DNA of 64,000 nt from Sedimentisphaerales bacterium (lineage in GTDB: Bacteria > Planctomycetota > Phycisphaerae > Sedimentisphaerales > SM23-30), in contig CAXXFK010000018.1 of the NCBI GenBank assembly GCA_963663965.2, positions 78,935-142,934 on the forward strand. The letters run 5' to 3'. A model generated the notes under the pieces. The model worked only from the letters and a program-made list of their open reading frames with translations, was not told the origin of the DNA and made no database searches. Positions 29,596-37,841 of the stretch are shown here, in pieces (positions within the stretch are counted from its first letter, which is position 1; every line of letters begins with the position of its first letter). A program made the translations under genes and the position numbers.

Positions 29596-29725
29596 AATAT
29601 TTTTTAAAATTATTGCTGGTATCGGTTGATATCCTGCGTATAAAATTTGTGAGAAACCTTCCTTCAATTTATGTTTACATAACATAACTCACTATTTGAC
29701 AAACCTTTTGATAAGGAGCAGTTTT

Positions 29726-30685
29726 ATGAAAACCCGTATTAGCATTGCGTTAATTATCGTGGTATGCCTGGCAATGACCGGTACTGAAATATATGGTCAA
29801 GGTTGGGGTGGGCCTCAAGGTGGATGGAATCAGCAGCAGGACCAGCAGAATCAGCAGGGTAGCTGGGGTCAGCAGCGGGGCCAGGGCGGTGGTTGGGGTA
29901 ACCAGGGTCAGGGCCAGGGTGGCGGTTGGGGTGGGCCTGGCCAGGGACAACAAGGCGGCTGGGGCGGCCCCGGTCAGGGCAATATGCAACAGCGTGGCGG
30001 TTTTGGCCAGCAGGGTGGCGATCGCATGCAGCAGATGCAGGACCGCATGCAGCAGATGAGTGAGGAATTGATGAATTTTCTGAATAAATATGCTCCCAAT
30101 GCCGCTCGCGAAGTCAATGCCCTGCGTAATCAGGATAACAACCAGTATATGCAGAAGATGATGGAATACCGCCGCAGTTATGGCCAGGTATTGTCTTATT
30201 CCGATACCAATCCGGAACTCTGTAAGGCTTGTGTCGCCCGAGTTGCCTTGCAGGATCAAGTGGATGCCACGGTGGATTCTCTGAGCGCCAACGCGAATAA
30301 CGCGACCGCTTTGCAGCAGTCGCAACGTACCCTGTACAATCAATTGGGTACCCTTTTTGATGCCATCGTCAAGGAGCAGCAGGGATTGTTGTTTGAAATG
30401 AAAAAAGAGCTGACCGCCAATAATGGCAATAACAACAATCAAATGGCACAACAGGATCAGCAACAACAGCAAGGCCGTGGTAATCGTGGCAACAATATGA
30501 TGGGTAATTTTGGTCAACGTGGCGGCTTTGGCGGTTTTGGCCGTGGACCGGTTACTCAGGAACGTTTGCAACAGCGTGAAGCGGATATCAAGAGTTGGGC
30601 AACCAATAAAGAAAAACTGGTTAAGCTTCGCTTTGATGAATTGACCATCAATGTGTCCAGATTCCCATGGGATTCCGGCTTCTAA
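29726..30685 (+). CDS. Secreted Gln/Gly/Asn-rich low-complexity protein with helical core
   Basis: TAAGGAG precedes ATG 29726. Signal peptide MKTRISIALIIVVCLAMTG. GGWGGPGQGQ-type repeats and Q/N runs flank a helical middle part (DRMQQMQDRMQQMSEEL...). It may be Spy/CpxP-like, but this is unverified. Confidence 0.6.
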   Translation: MKTRISIALIIVVCLAMTGTEIYGQGWGGPQGGWNQQQDQQNQQGSWGQQRGQGGGWGNQGQGQGGGWGGPGQGQQGGWGGPGQGNMQQRGGFGQQGGDRMQQMQDRMQQMSEELMNFLNKYAPNAAREVNALRNQDNNQYMQKMMEYRRSYGQVLSYSDTNPELCKACVARVALQDQVDATVDSLSANANNATALQQSQRTLYNQLGTLFDAIVKEQQGLLFEMKKELTANNGNNNNQMAQQDQQQQQGRGNRGNNMMGNFGQRGGFGGFGRGPVTQERLQQREADIKSWATNKEKLVKLRFDELTINVSRFPWDSGF

Positions 30686-30723
30686 AAATAATTTGGGCCA
30701 TATCGTTTTAACCATCCGGAAAG

Positions 30724-30751
30724 CCCGGTCAGTAAAGACCGGGTTTTTTTT
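30724..30751 (+). terminator. Rho-independent terminator
   Basis: Stem CCCGGTC / GACCGGG, loop AGTAAA, followed by T8. Confidence 0.8.
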
Positions 30752-30760
30752 AGTTATTCT

Positions 30761-30964
30761 CAGAGCCCCTACCTGAATGAGTTTTCTACTAAGACCGGCT
30801 GCACAAGTCGTCCGCAGTGTTCTCGGGACCCAACATCCTCGACAATCCATAGAAGGGTGGCCTGCGGGTGTTTGATCCCTGCGGTTTGCTTGAGGCGGAT
30901 CTTCGACCTTGCTGACCACTTTTTCGCCCGGTCTCGCCACAAAAACATTTTGTCAGGCACTCTG
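30761..30964. mobile_element. MITE-like repeat, copy A (second copy at 40162-40342)
   Basis: About 80-85 percent identical by eye to 40162-40342 (shared ...GACCGGCTGCA.AAGT.GTCCGC...GGGACCCAA.ATCCTCGACAA...CATTTTGTCAGGC.CTCTG). The ends are imperfect inverted repeats (CAGAGCCCCTACCTGAATG / CATTTTGTCAGGCACTCTG). This copy carries an extra segment with GAGGCGGATCTTCGACC (30892-30908). Confidence 0.55.
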
Positions 30965-30992
30965 AAAAGCCCGGAAAGACCAAGGGGAACCG

Positions 30993-31081
30993 CTAAAAAT
31001 TCATTCTGGGCTGCAAGCAGGCACTCCGCGTGCAGCGAAATAGTGTTTCCCTCAGGGCAGTGTCACAAAAAACCATAAATA
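30993..31081. repeat. Dispersed repeat R2, copy A
   Basis: CTAAAAATTCATTCTGGGCTGCAAGCAGGCACTCCGCGTGCAGCG...CACAAAAAACCATAAATA matches 32909-32998 (CTGAAAATTAATTCAGGGTTGCAAGCGGGCATTCCGCGTGCAGCG...CATAAAAAACCGTGAATA). Confidence 0.5.
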
Positions 31082-31166
31082 GAGTCACATGTGCTCGGAT
31101 CATGGATTCTTTACAGAGAAAAACCATCTTTGCTTTTGCCGCTAAAGCCATTTTTAGAGGTACCCT

Positions 31167-31200
31167 AAAAAAAAGCCCATGGTTGATTTAACCACGGGCT
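31167..31200 (-). terminator. Rho-independent terminator of the histone-like gene
   Basis: On the minus strand: stem AGCCCGTGGTT / AACCATGGGCT (one G-U pair), loop AAATC, followed by T8. Confidence 0.7.
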
Positions 31201-31243
31201 TTGCGGACAATGATATTTTCCTTTCGCGAAAAAATACCAGTCC

Positions 31244-31495
31244 TTAAATATCCTGGGGTTTCAGAGTCGAACGGCGATTGGCCTCAACACGCTGAAGGGC
31301 CTTGTCCAGAGCGCAATACAGACTGTCAGAGATCGCCTGAATCGCGTCTGAACTGCACATGCAACCTTTGGAGCGAACATAAGCTTTGACTTTGCTGGCA
31401 ACTACCAGAACTTCTTTGGGAGAAGCACATTTTTTAGTACCACAAGACTTGGCGGCAGCTTTTTTGGTTGCTTTTTTGGCGGCTTTCTTTGCCAT
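31244..31495 (-). CDS. Bacterial histone-fold (DUF1931 / Bd0055-HBb-like) protein with Lys/Ala-rich N-terminal tail
   Basis: GGAGGA lies 8 nt upstream of ATG 31495. 83 aa: the tail MAKKAAKKATKKAAAKSCGTKKCASPK is followed by EVLVVASKVKAYVRSKGCMCSSDAIQAISDSLYCALDKALQRVEANRRSTLKPQDI. This fits the singlet histone-fold pattern (..RvS.dA...L......I...A...A...R.T....DI). Confidence 0.6.
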   Translation of the reverse strand: MAKKAAKKATKKAAAKSCGTKKCASPKEVLVVASKVKAYVRSKGCMCSSDAIQAISDSLYCALDKALQRVEANRRSTLKPQDI

Positions 31496-32020
31496 GTTTG
31501 AATCCTCCATGAAAGTAGGAAGTTAATAAGAACAATTAATCCATTAAGGGGAATTTTCTATCTTTCAATCGGCAATTTCAACAAAAAAACATCGAAAAAA
31601 CAGAGAAATTGTCTGAAAAGGGCCATTTAGGGGCTTTTTGGGGCAGTTTCAGGATTTTGTAACCATAAAAATGATCTCGAAATACTAATTTAAGGCGTTT
31701 TTATGGTACTTTCAAGGTGTTTACCAAAGCCTGTTAACCATGAACCAGGGCTTTTAATGGGGATTGACGCGTCAATTGGGCTTTCAAAGACCGGATTGAG
31801 ATACGAAATTCACAGTATTTTTGTTTGATTCCCAGTGAAAATGACTTTAGGCGGTGGCCTCAAGGCATAAATTAACATTTTTCTGATAAAATTACTAAAA
31901 AACGCTTGCTGATTTGGACGAAAGAGGTAAAAGATTTATCTAGCAAAGGTGGCACACGTTGTTTTACCGGAGTAATACCATGATGAGCAGTTATATAAGC
32001 TGGAGGGCATGAGGTTGTTT

Positions 32021-32395
32021 ATGAGCTCAGATAACTATGTAACCTTGATTGTAGCAAAGGACCCGGAAGAGGCTGAATACTATCAGACACTTCTGGAAGA
32101 TCATGATATCGACGTCTACGTTGATGAAGATGCTGTCGATGAAGAAGGCGGTATTGCCGTGATGGTGCCAGATGACACCCTGGAAGACGCGCAGCATATT
32201 CTGGAACAGCGTGACACGATTGATGAGGAACTGGATATGGAATATGATGACGAATTCGAAGATGAAGACGAAGAGGATGAAGATTTTGACGGTTATGAGG
32301 AGATTGATGAGGATGAGGAAGATGACGAATATTACGATGATGAGGAAGAAGAAGAGGATGACTATTATGAGGATGATAGTGACGAATATTATTAA
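32021..32395 (+). CDS. Extremely acidic protein (DUF2007-like N-terminus, Asp/Glu-rich tail)
   Basis: ORF 32009..32395. MSSDNYVTLIVAKDPEEAEYYQTLLEDHDIDVYV resembles the small PII-like DUF2007 fold. The C-terminal ~60 aa are almost only D/E/Y. Confidence 0.55.
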   Translation: MSSDNYVTLIVAKDPEEAEYYQTLLEDHDIDVYVDEDAVDEEGGIAVMVPDDTLEDAQHILEQRDTIDEELDMEYDDEFEDEDEEDEDFDGYEEIDEDEEDDEYYDDEEEEEDDYYEDDSDEYY

Positions 32396-32471
32396 TCAAG
32401 TCACCCCCGTTTTCGACGGATAATATATATGTAGTCAAAATAATTTGGAACCCGGATAAAAGAGAATAAAG

Positions 32472-32900
32472 GTGTTACCCATGATGGATCAAAATGACCT
32501 GCTTGTCGATGAGCAGGAGGGGATTTTTGACGAGACACAGCAGCGCCAGAACGATCAGGATCGCCGCGCCAGTTCTGAGCGGCGTTGCGGTTTGGACCGG
32601 CGATCGATGCAATTGCCTTATGAAGGCCCGGATCGCAGGCAACAGGATGAAGAACGACGCAGCAGTTGGGATCGCAGGCGCGGTCCCGGACGCCGACGGA
32701 CGGATGAGCGCCGCTCGGCCGAAGAAGGCGAAATGAGTGACGAGCAATTCGAATATCTCAAAGCGATCGAGGAGTATAAAAAGGTCAATCGCCGGCCATT
32801 TCCATCGTTTACTGAAATCCTGGAAATTATCAAAGCAATGGGGTATCGTAAGGTTGAAGAAGCCGTGCCCATAAGTACTCTCAAACGGGTAGAAGATTAA
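32472..32900 (+). CDS. Arg-rich protein with conserved C-terminal helical domain
   Basis: 142 aa with repeated DRR/ERR motifs (DRRASSERRCGLDRRS...DRRQQDEERRSSWDRRRGPGRRRTDERRS). The C-terminal FEYLKAIEEYKKVNRRPFPSFTEILEIIKAMGYRKV domain is seen in PVC bacteria (from memory). Confidence 0.55.
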   Translation: MLPMMDQNDLLVDEQEGIFDETQQRQNDQDRRASSERRCGLDRRSMQLPYEGPDRRQQDEERRSSWDRRRGPGRRRTDERRSAEEGEMSDEQFEYLKAIEEYKKVNRRPFPSFTEILEIIKAMGYRKVEEAVPISTLKRVED

Positions 32901-32908
32901 GGGTGCCT

Positions 32909-32998
32909 CTGAAAATTAATTCAGGGTTGCAAGCGGGCATTCCGCGTGCAGCGGGACAAGCATTTCTTTCTAAACGGCATCATAAAAAACCGTGAATA
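32909..32998. repeat. Dispersed repeat R2, copy B
   Basis: See copy A at 30993-31081. It is preceded by GGTGCCTCTGAAAA, which resembles the right end of the 30761-30964 MITE. Confidence 0.5.
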
Positions 32999-33320
32999 TT
33001 TACAAAACTGATTGGGCGGTCCATGATTTGTTTTTAAATTCTTTATCTTCATAAGATTTTGACGTTGCGGTTCTATTCACTTTTTGAATGATATCAGCCA
33101 TTCGCGAGAATGGTATATTTTATATCTATATGATATATGGCTAGTTATGTTGTTTTTTGTAAAACTTGTTGGTTATCATTCTTAGCTAATTAATGATCTG
33201 GCGATTGGCGGTTGAATTTTCGGTCCTGTATCGGTTGTAACGATTAAATTAAGTACGGTAATCCGTTCGCCGATATTAGAGGGGTGAAAGGATCAATAAA
33301 GAAATGAAAGGCCAAGAGAG

Positions 33321-34064
33321 ATGAATGGGCAAACGGCCACTGAACAAATTATGAATTCAGACAAGGTTCAGGGAACTCAACTCTGGATCGAACAGATTCT
33401 CAAAGATTCCATTGGCTCAGGTTTTCAGCTGACGATGCCGGGCTTTATCTTCAATCTCATCCTGGGGGCGATCTTAAGCTATTTCCTGGGATGGTTGTAT
33501 ATCCGGTTTGGCAAAACGCTTTCGGACCGGCGGACCTTTGCCCGGCAGTTTATTATGCTGACCCTGATCACGATGTTGATCATATCCATTGTCAAATCGT
33601 CCCTGGCGCTTTCGATGGGGCTGGTGGGCGCTTTATCGATTGTTCGATTCCGGGCCGCAATTAAAGAACCCGAGGAACTGATCTATTTGTTTTTTGCAAT
33701 TGGCATCGGTCTGGGATTGGGAGCGGACCTTTGGATGTATACGGTTGTTGCATTTGTTTTTATCGGGTTGATTATTGTTTTGCGCGGCATGCGACACGAA
33801 AAAGACGATCACCAGAATTTACACATCGTCATCCGCAGCCGACTGGATGACGGGATTTCTCTCAAACAGATCGTCGATACCTTGAAACCCGCGTGTGAGG
33901 GATTGGATCTAAAGCGCTACGATGAGACGGGGACCGGTCTGGAAGCCGTATTTCAAGTGGAGTATAAAGATTTCGCTCAGCTTGACCAGAGCCGGGAATC
34001 ATTGTTAAAACTGGGGCAGGACATTCGGCTGGCTTTTGTTGATCAACAGGGATTATTGCATTAG
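33321..34064 (+). CDS. DUF4956 domain-containing membrane protein
   Basis: Multi-TM protein with the characteristic LSMGLVGALSIVRFRAAIKEPEELIYLFFAIGIGLGLGA segment. It lies immediately upstream of a CotH gene, as is usual for this family. Confidence 0.7.
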   Translation: MNGQTATEQIMNSDKVQGTQLWIEQILKDSIGSGFQLTMPGFIFNLILGAILSYFLGWLYIRFGKTLSDRRTFARQFIMLTLITMLIISIVKSSLALSMGLVGALSIVRFRAAIKEPEELIYLFFAIGIGLGLGADLWMYTVVAFVFIGLIIVLRGMRHEKDDHQNLHIVIRSRLDDGISLKQIVDTLKPACEGLDLKRYDETGTGLEAVFQVEYKDFAQLDQSRESLLKLGQDIRLAFVDQQGLLH

Positions 34065-34066
34065 TT

Positions 34067-36742
34067 ATGAAGCTAAAGCGCTCCGAACATAAAACGGTTC
34101 TGCGTCGCGGATGGTCCTGCTTGCGGAACATCCGCCTGCGATTATTCGTTCTGATAATTGTTGGACTGGGACTACTGGCGGGGTTGTTCGTTTCGGGGGT
34201 ATGGGCCGGTTATCGACTGAATCTCTGGTATTCCCGTAAGGGGTTTACCGTCAAAGCCTGGGGGCGCAGCTTATTAGTCCATCAATTGGGATGTGTCAAA
34301 CATTTCTTTCAGGGATTATCCGTTCAGCCGGAACGTATCGATATCGACATCAAGGCCAAAGATATGGCCATCCTGGAAGCGATCCGTCAGGATGCTCTCA
34401 ACAAGGGCAATCTGTTTTCCACCCCGGATGACTGGGTCTCGGCCCGGATACGGTATCAGGGCCAGAGTTATGATGCCGCCGTGCGACTTAAAGGAGATAT
34501 GCCGGACCATTGGTATGAAAAAGATGGCTGGTCGTTGAAAATCAAATTGAAAAATGATCAGACCTTGTTTGGTATGCGCCGTTTTTCCATTCAACAACCC
34601 TGGACGCGCTGGTTTCTGGCCGAATGGATAACCCATCGCTGGCTGGCCTATCATGATCTCATCGCGATGCGTTATCAGTTCATTGAAGTGGGGATTAATG
34701 GGAAAAATCAGTCCATCTTTGCCGTCGAAGAAAATTTCGATAAATATTTAATTGAAAACAATTGTTTTCGCGAAGGGCCCATTTTAAGGTTTAATAACGA
34801 TTTATCCTGGTCGCTGGGGCCGGATAACCCACTTTATTTCGATAATTTTCTGGATGCTTCGATCGAGCCGGGTTTTCCTGAATCGGCGCTAAACGATCCC
34901 GCCATGAAAGTTATCTGGCAGAAAGCGGCTACGTTACTGGAGCAATTGCGCACGGGACAGCTGGCAGTTGAACAGGTGATTGATGTCGATAAGATGGCGT
35001 TATATTTCGCACTTTTTGAGCTTTTCAAGAGCGACCATATTGTTTCGCTGGATAATATGAGACTTTATTACAATCCCATTACCAGCCGAATCGAGCCGGT
35101 GGGTTATGATTGTGAAGATATCCAGACATTATCCTATGTTGACGGTAATTCAATCAGTGGTTATTATCCGGAGCCGGGACTGTATCCATCTCCCAATGCC
35201 TGGCGTCGCCTTCTGTTTTGTAACCGGGCATTTTATTCGGCCTACCTGCGTGCTCTGGAGCGGATATCCGCCCCGGGTTATCTGGAAGCCTTTTTCAAAG
35301 CAATTGAGAATGATCAGCAAAAAGCCCTGGCGATCCTTTACAAGGGCAATCCATGGTATTTCTATGAAGATGAAAACCTGCTTAAAACCAATCGAGATTT
35401 TATTCGATCGGTTCTCAAAACCCCGATCGGACCGGTATGCTATTTAAAATCCTGCGATCTGGAGCGACGGCAATTAACCTTTCAGATCAGAAACCTTGGG
35501 ATTTTACCGGTTGTGCTGGACAGTTTTCAGTCAGGTAATATTCAAATCCGCCCCAGTCAGGAGATTCTCCTGTATAGTCACACCCCCGGTCCGGCAAAGC
35601 GATATCATGAGATTACCGTTGCCATTTCACCCGATATTGAGCCGGCCGGGCAGGACTGGACCAATGCTTTGACAGTTAGATGGCACAAAATGGGGCTGAC
35701 AGAAACTCGGGAAACCAAGGTACATAACTGGCCGGCAGTGACGGATGAATTTTCCGGACCGGATGCCTTGAGGGTGGATTCAACCGTCGAAAAATTTGAT
35801 TTTATCATTGGCGATAAGGATGGCAACTATCGTATTCAACCCGGGCGCCATACTCTGACTGAACCTTTAATTGTCCCAGTTGGGAGAAAGCTGATCTGTG
35901 GTCCGGGTACGGTTCTGGATTTGACCACCCAGGCCATGTTGATCAGCCGTTCGCCTCTGGAATTTATTGGTTCTGCAGAAGACCCCATTGGCTTGATCAG
36001 TTCAGATAAAAAGGGAATGGGATTGATCGTCATGGATGCCGGCGGGATCTCTCATCTGGAACAGGTTTATTTTAATGGACTATCCAATCCTCAGAATCAC
36101 GGATGGTCAGTTTCGGCTGCTGTTTCGTTTTATCAATCGGATGTCGATGTCCGGGATTGTGTTTTCCGGGCCAATCGTTGTGAAGATTATCTGAATACCA
36201 TACGATGTCGCTTTTCCCTGGAACGCACTCGTTTTGAACATACGGCCGCCGATGCGTTTGATTCTGATTTCAGTCAAGGATCCATGAAACAGGTTGGGTT
36301 TATTCAGTGTGGCAACGATGCCGTTGATGTATCCGGCACGCAGATCGAAATCGATGATATCGTTATTGAAAAAGCCGGGGACAAAGGCCTCAGCGCCGGC
36401 GAACGCAGTCGTATGTCTGTTCAAAACGCTTATCTCACCGATTGTGAGATTGCCGTGGCATCCAAAGACGATTCCGAGTTAACCATAGCCAAGGTTGCCA
36501 TTCACAAGAGCCGGGTTGGTTTTACGGCGTTTCAGAAAAAATCAGAATATGGTCCGGGCATCATCCGGGCCACCGGGATTTTCTGTAACGATAGTCTGGA
36601 AGCCATCATGCTCGAACAAGGTTCCCTGATCGAAATAGAGGGCCAGAAACAAGCGTGGACCCACGAGAAAATCCGCGATCTGTTCTATGGGGAGCTCTAT
36701 GGACGTAAGAGCGGTATACTTATGCTCGACACCGATCAGTAA
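34067..36742 (+). CDS. CotH kinase family protein fused to a right-handed beta-helix region
   Basis: 891 aa with an N-terminal TM anchor. CotH-like core (AAVRLKGDMPDHWYEKDGWSLKIKLKNDQTLFGMRRFSIQQP). The C-terminal third has parallel beta-helix-like repeats. Confidence 0.7.
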   Translation: MKLKRSEHKTVLRRGWSCLRNIRLRLFVLIIVGLGLLAGLFVSGVWAGYRLNLWYSRKGFTVKAWGRSLLVHQLGCVKHFFQGLSVQPERIDIDIKAKDMAILEAIRQDALNKGNLFSTPDDWVSARIRYQGQSYDAAVRLKGDMPDHWYEKDGWSLKIKLKNDQTLFGMRRFSIQQPWTRWFLAEWITHRWLAYHDLIAMRYQFIEVGINGKNQSIFAVEENFDKYLIENNCFREGPILRFNNDLSWSLGPDNPLYFDNFLDASIEPGFPESALNDPAMKVIWQKAATLLEQLRTGQLAVEQVIDVDKMALYFALFELFKSDHIVSLDNMRLYYNPITSRIEPVGYDCEDIQTLSYVDGNSISGYYPEPGLYPSPNAWRRLLFCNRAFYSAYLRALERISAPGYLEAFFKAIENDQQKALAILYKGNPWYFYEDENLLKTNRDFIRSVLKTPIGPVCYLKSCDLERRQLTFQIRNLGILPVVLDSFQSGNIQIRPSQEILLYSHTPGPAKRYHEITVAISPDIEPAGQDWTNALTVRWHKMGLTETRETKVHNWPAVTDEFSGPDALRVDSTVEKFDFIIGDKDGNYRIQPGRHTLTEPLIVPVGRKLICGPGTVLDLTTQAMLISRSPLEFIGSAEDPIGLISSDKKGMGLIVMDAGGISHLEQVYFNGLSNPQNHGWSVSAAVSFYQSDVDVRDCVFRANRCEDYLNTIRCRFSLERTRFEHTAADAFDSDFSQGSMKQVGFIQCGNDAVDVSGTQIEIDDIVIEKAGDKGLSAGERSRMSVQNAYLTDCEIAVASKDDSELTIAKVAIHKSRVGFTAFQKKSEYGPGIIRATGIFCNDSLEAIMLEQGSLIEIEGQKQAWTHEKIRDLFYGELYGRKSGILMLDTDQ

Positions 36743-36756
36743 GTTAACCGGATAGA

Positions 36757-37650
36757 TTATACCTGATTTTTTCTGCGATAGCGGTATTTTAAAGGGCAAA
36801 AACCGGTTTTTTGTTTAAACTGCTGGGAGAAATAAAAGACAGAACTGAAACCCAGGCGATCGGAAATCTGATTGACGGGCAAATCGGTGTGATCCAGTAA
36901 TTCGCGGGCACGTTGAAATCTAAACTCCAGTTGATACTGTCGCGGGGACAGTCCGGTATGATTTTTGAAATGTTTACGAAACCAGGAATAACTGACGCAA
37001 AGCTGTTCCGCCAGTTCCCTCAAATCGATATTTTCCGTCATGCGGTCGATCAGCGTTGCTTTCGCCTGGTTAATAATCTGGATTTTTTCGTTATCGAAAT
37101 CTTCCTGCCCTTTATTGGCCAGCAAATGGGCCAGAATCGTAATGGTATGGCTGGCTAACAGATATTGGAATCCTTGAGGTTCATGCCGGGCAGTTTCAAC
37201 TAACTGAATAAAATGATCCATCCAGACGTCGGAGGCACGCAAATTAATAACCGGTTTACCTGGATCGAATTCCGGACAATTCATAAAGCGTTCGGCAGTA
37301 TTGCCGGTCATTTCGATCCAGTATTCATCCCAACCGGTCTGGATGTCCGGACGATAACGATGCCAGATATGGGGATAGACAATAAAAAGGCAATTTTTCT
37401 CAATGCGAATCAAACCGCTCTCGGTGGATTCAAAAGTGCCTGAGCCATTGGGAATATAAACCAGTGTGTAGGTATCCAGAATGCGGCCTTTGCGCCAGGT
37501 AAAATTGTGGTCATCAGGATGCTTGGCAGGGGGGTAGGGATGCTGGGGAGGAATTTTGGAGTTGCCTACGCTGACCACGGTGAAACCCCAGGTGCGATTG
37601 GGATCTGTTATCGGGAAATATTTGAAAAAAGTATAGGCGGGAGCGGTCAT
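36757..37650 (-). CDS. AraC family transcriptional regulator (cupin sensor + HTH)
   Basis: C-terminal double HTH (LRELAEQLCVSYSWFRKHFKNHTGLSPRQYQLEFRFQRARELL...VNQISDRLGFSSVFYFSQQFKQKTG). Confidence 0.9.
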   Translation of the reverse strand: MTAPAYTFFKYFPITDPNRTWGFTVVSVGNSKIPPQHPYPPAKHPDDHNFTWRKGRILDTYTLVYIPNGSGTFESTESGLIRIEKNCLFIVYPHIWHRYRPDIQTGWDEYWIEMTGNTAERFMNCPEFDPGKPVINLRASDVWMDHFIQLVETARHEPQGFQYLLASHTITILAHLLANKGQEDFDNEKIQIINQAKATLIDRMTENIDLRELAEQLCVSYSWFRKHFKNHTGLSPRQYQLEFRFQRARELLDHTDLPVNQISDRLGFSSVFYFSQQFKQKTGFCPLKYRYRRKNQV

Positions 37651-37841
37651 ATCATATCCCTTAAAAAATATGCCATAAAACGCATTTATAATATAATAAC
37701 CTGCTTATTATAATATCAAAAGTATAAATTTTTAGAAGTATGCACAGGTAAACACGAGATGGTTCAGTTATGGTTGAATGTGCATATAACTGGTTGATAT
37801 TGTTAAGGTAAGAATCATTGCGATAACAGGGAGCTGAATAT

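Noticed and set aside
29750-30940. 396-aa ORF on the minus strand
   Set aside because: It is antisense to the Q/G-rich secreted protein gene. Its openness is an artefact of the CAG/GGC-rich repeats. It has no start context, and it runs across a terminator and a MITE.
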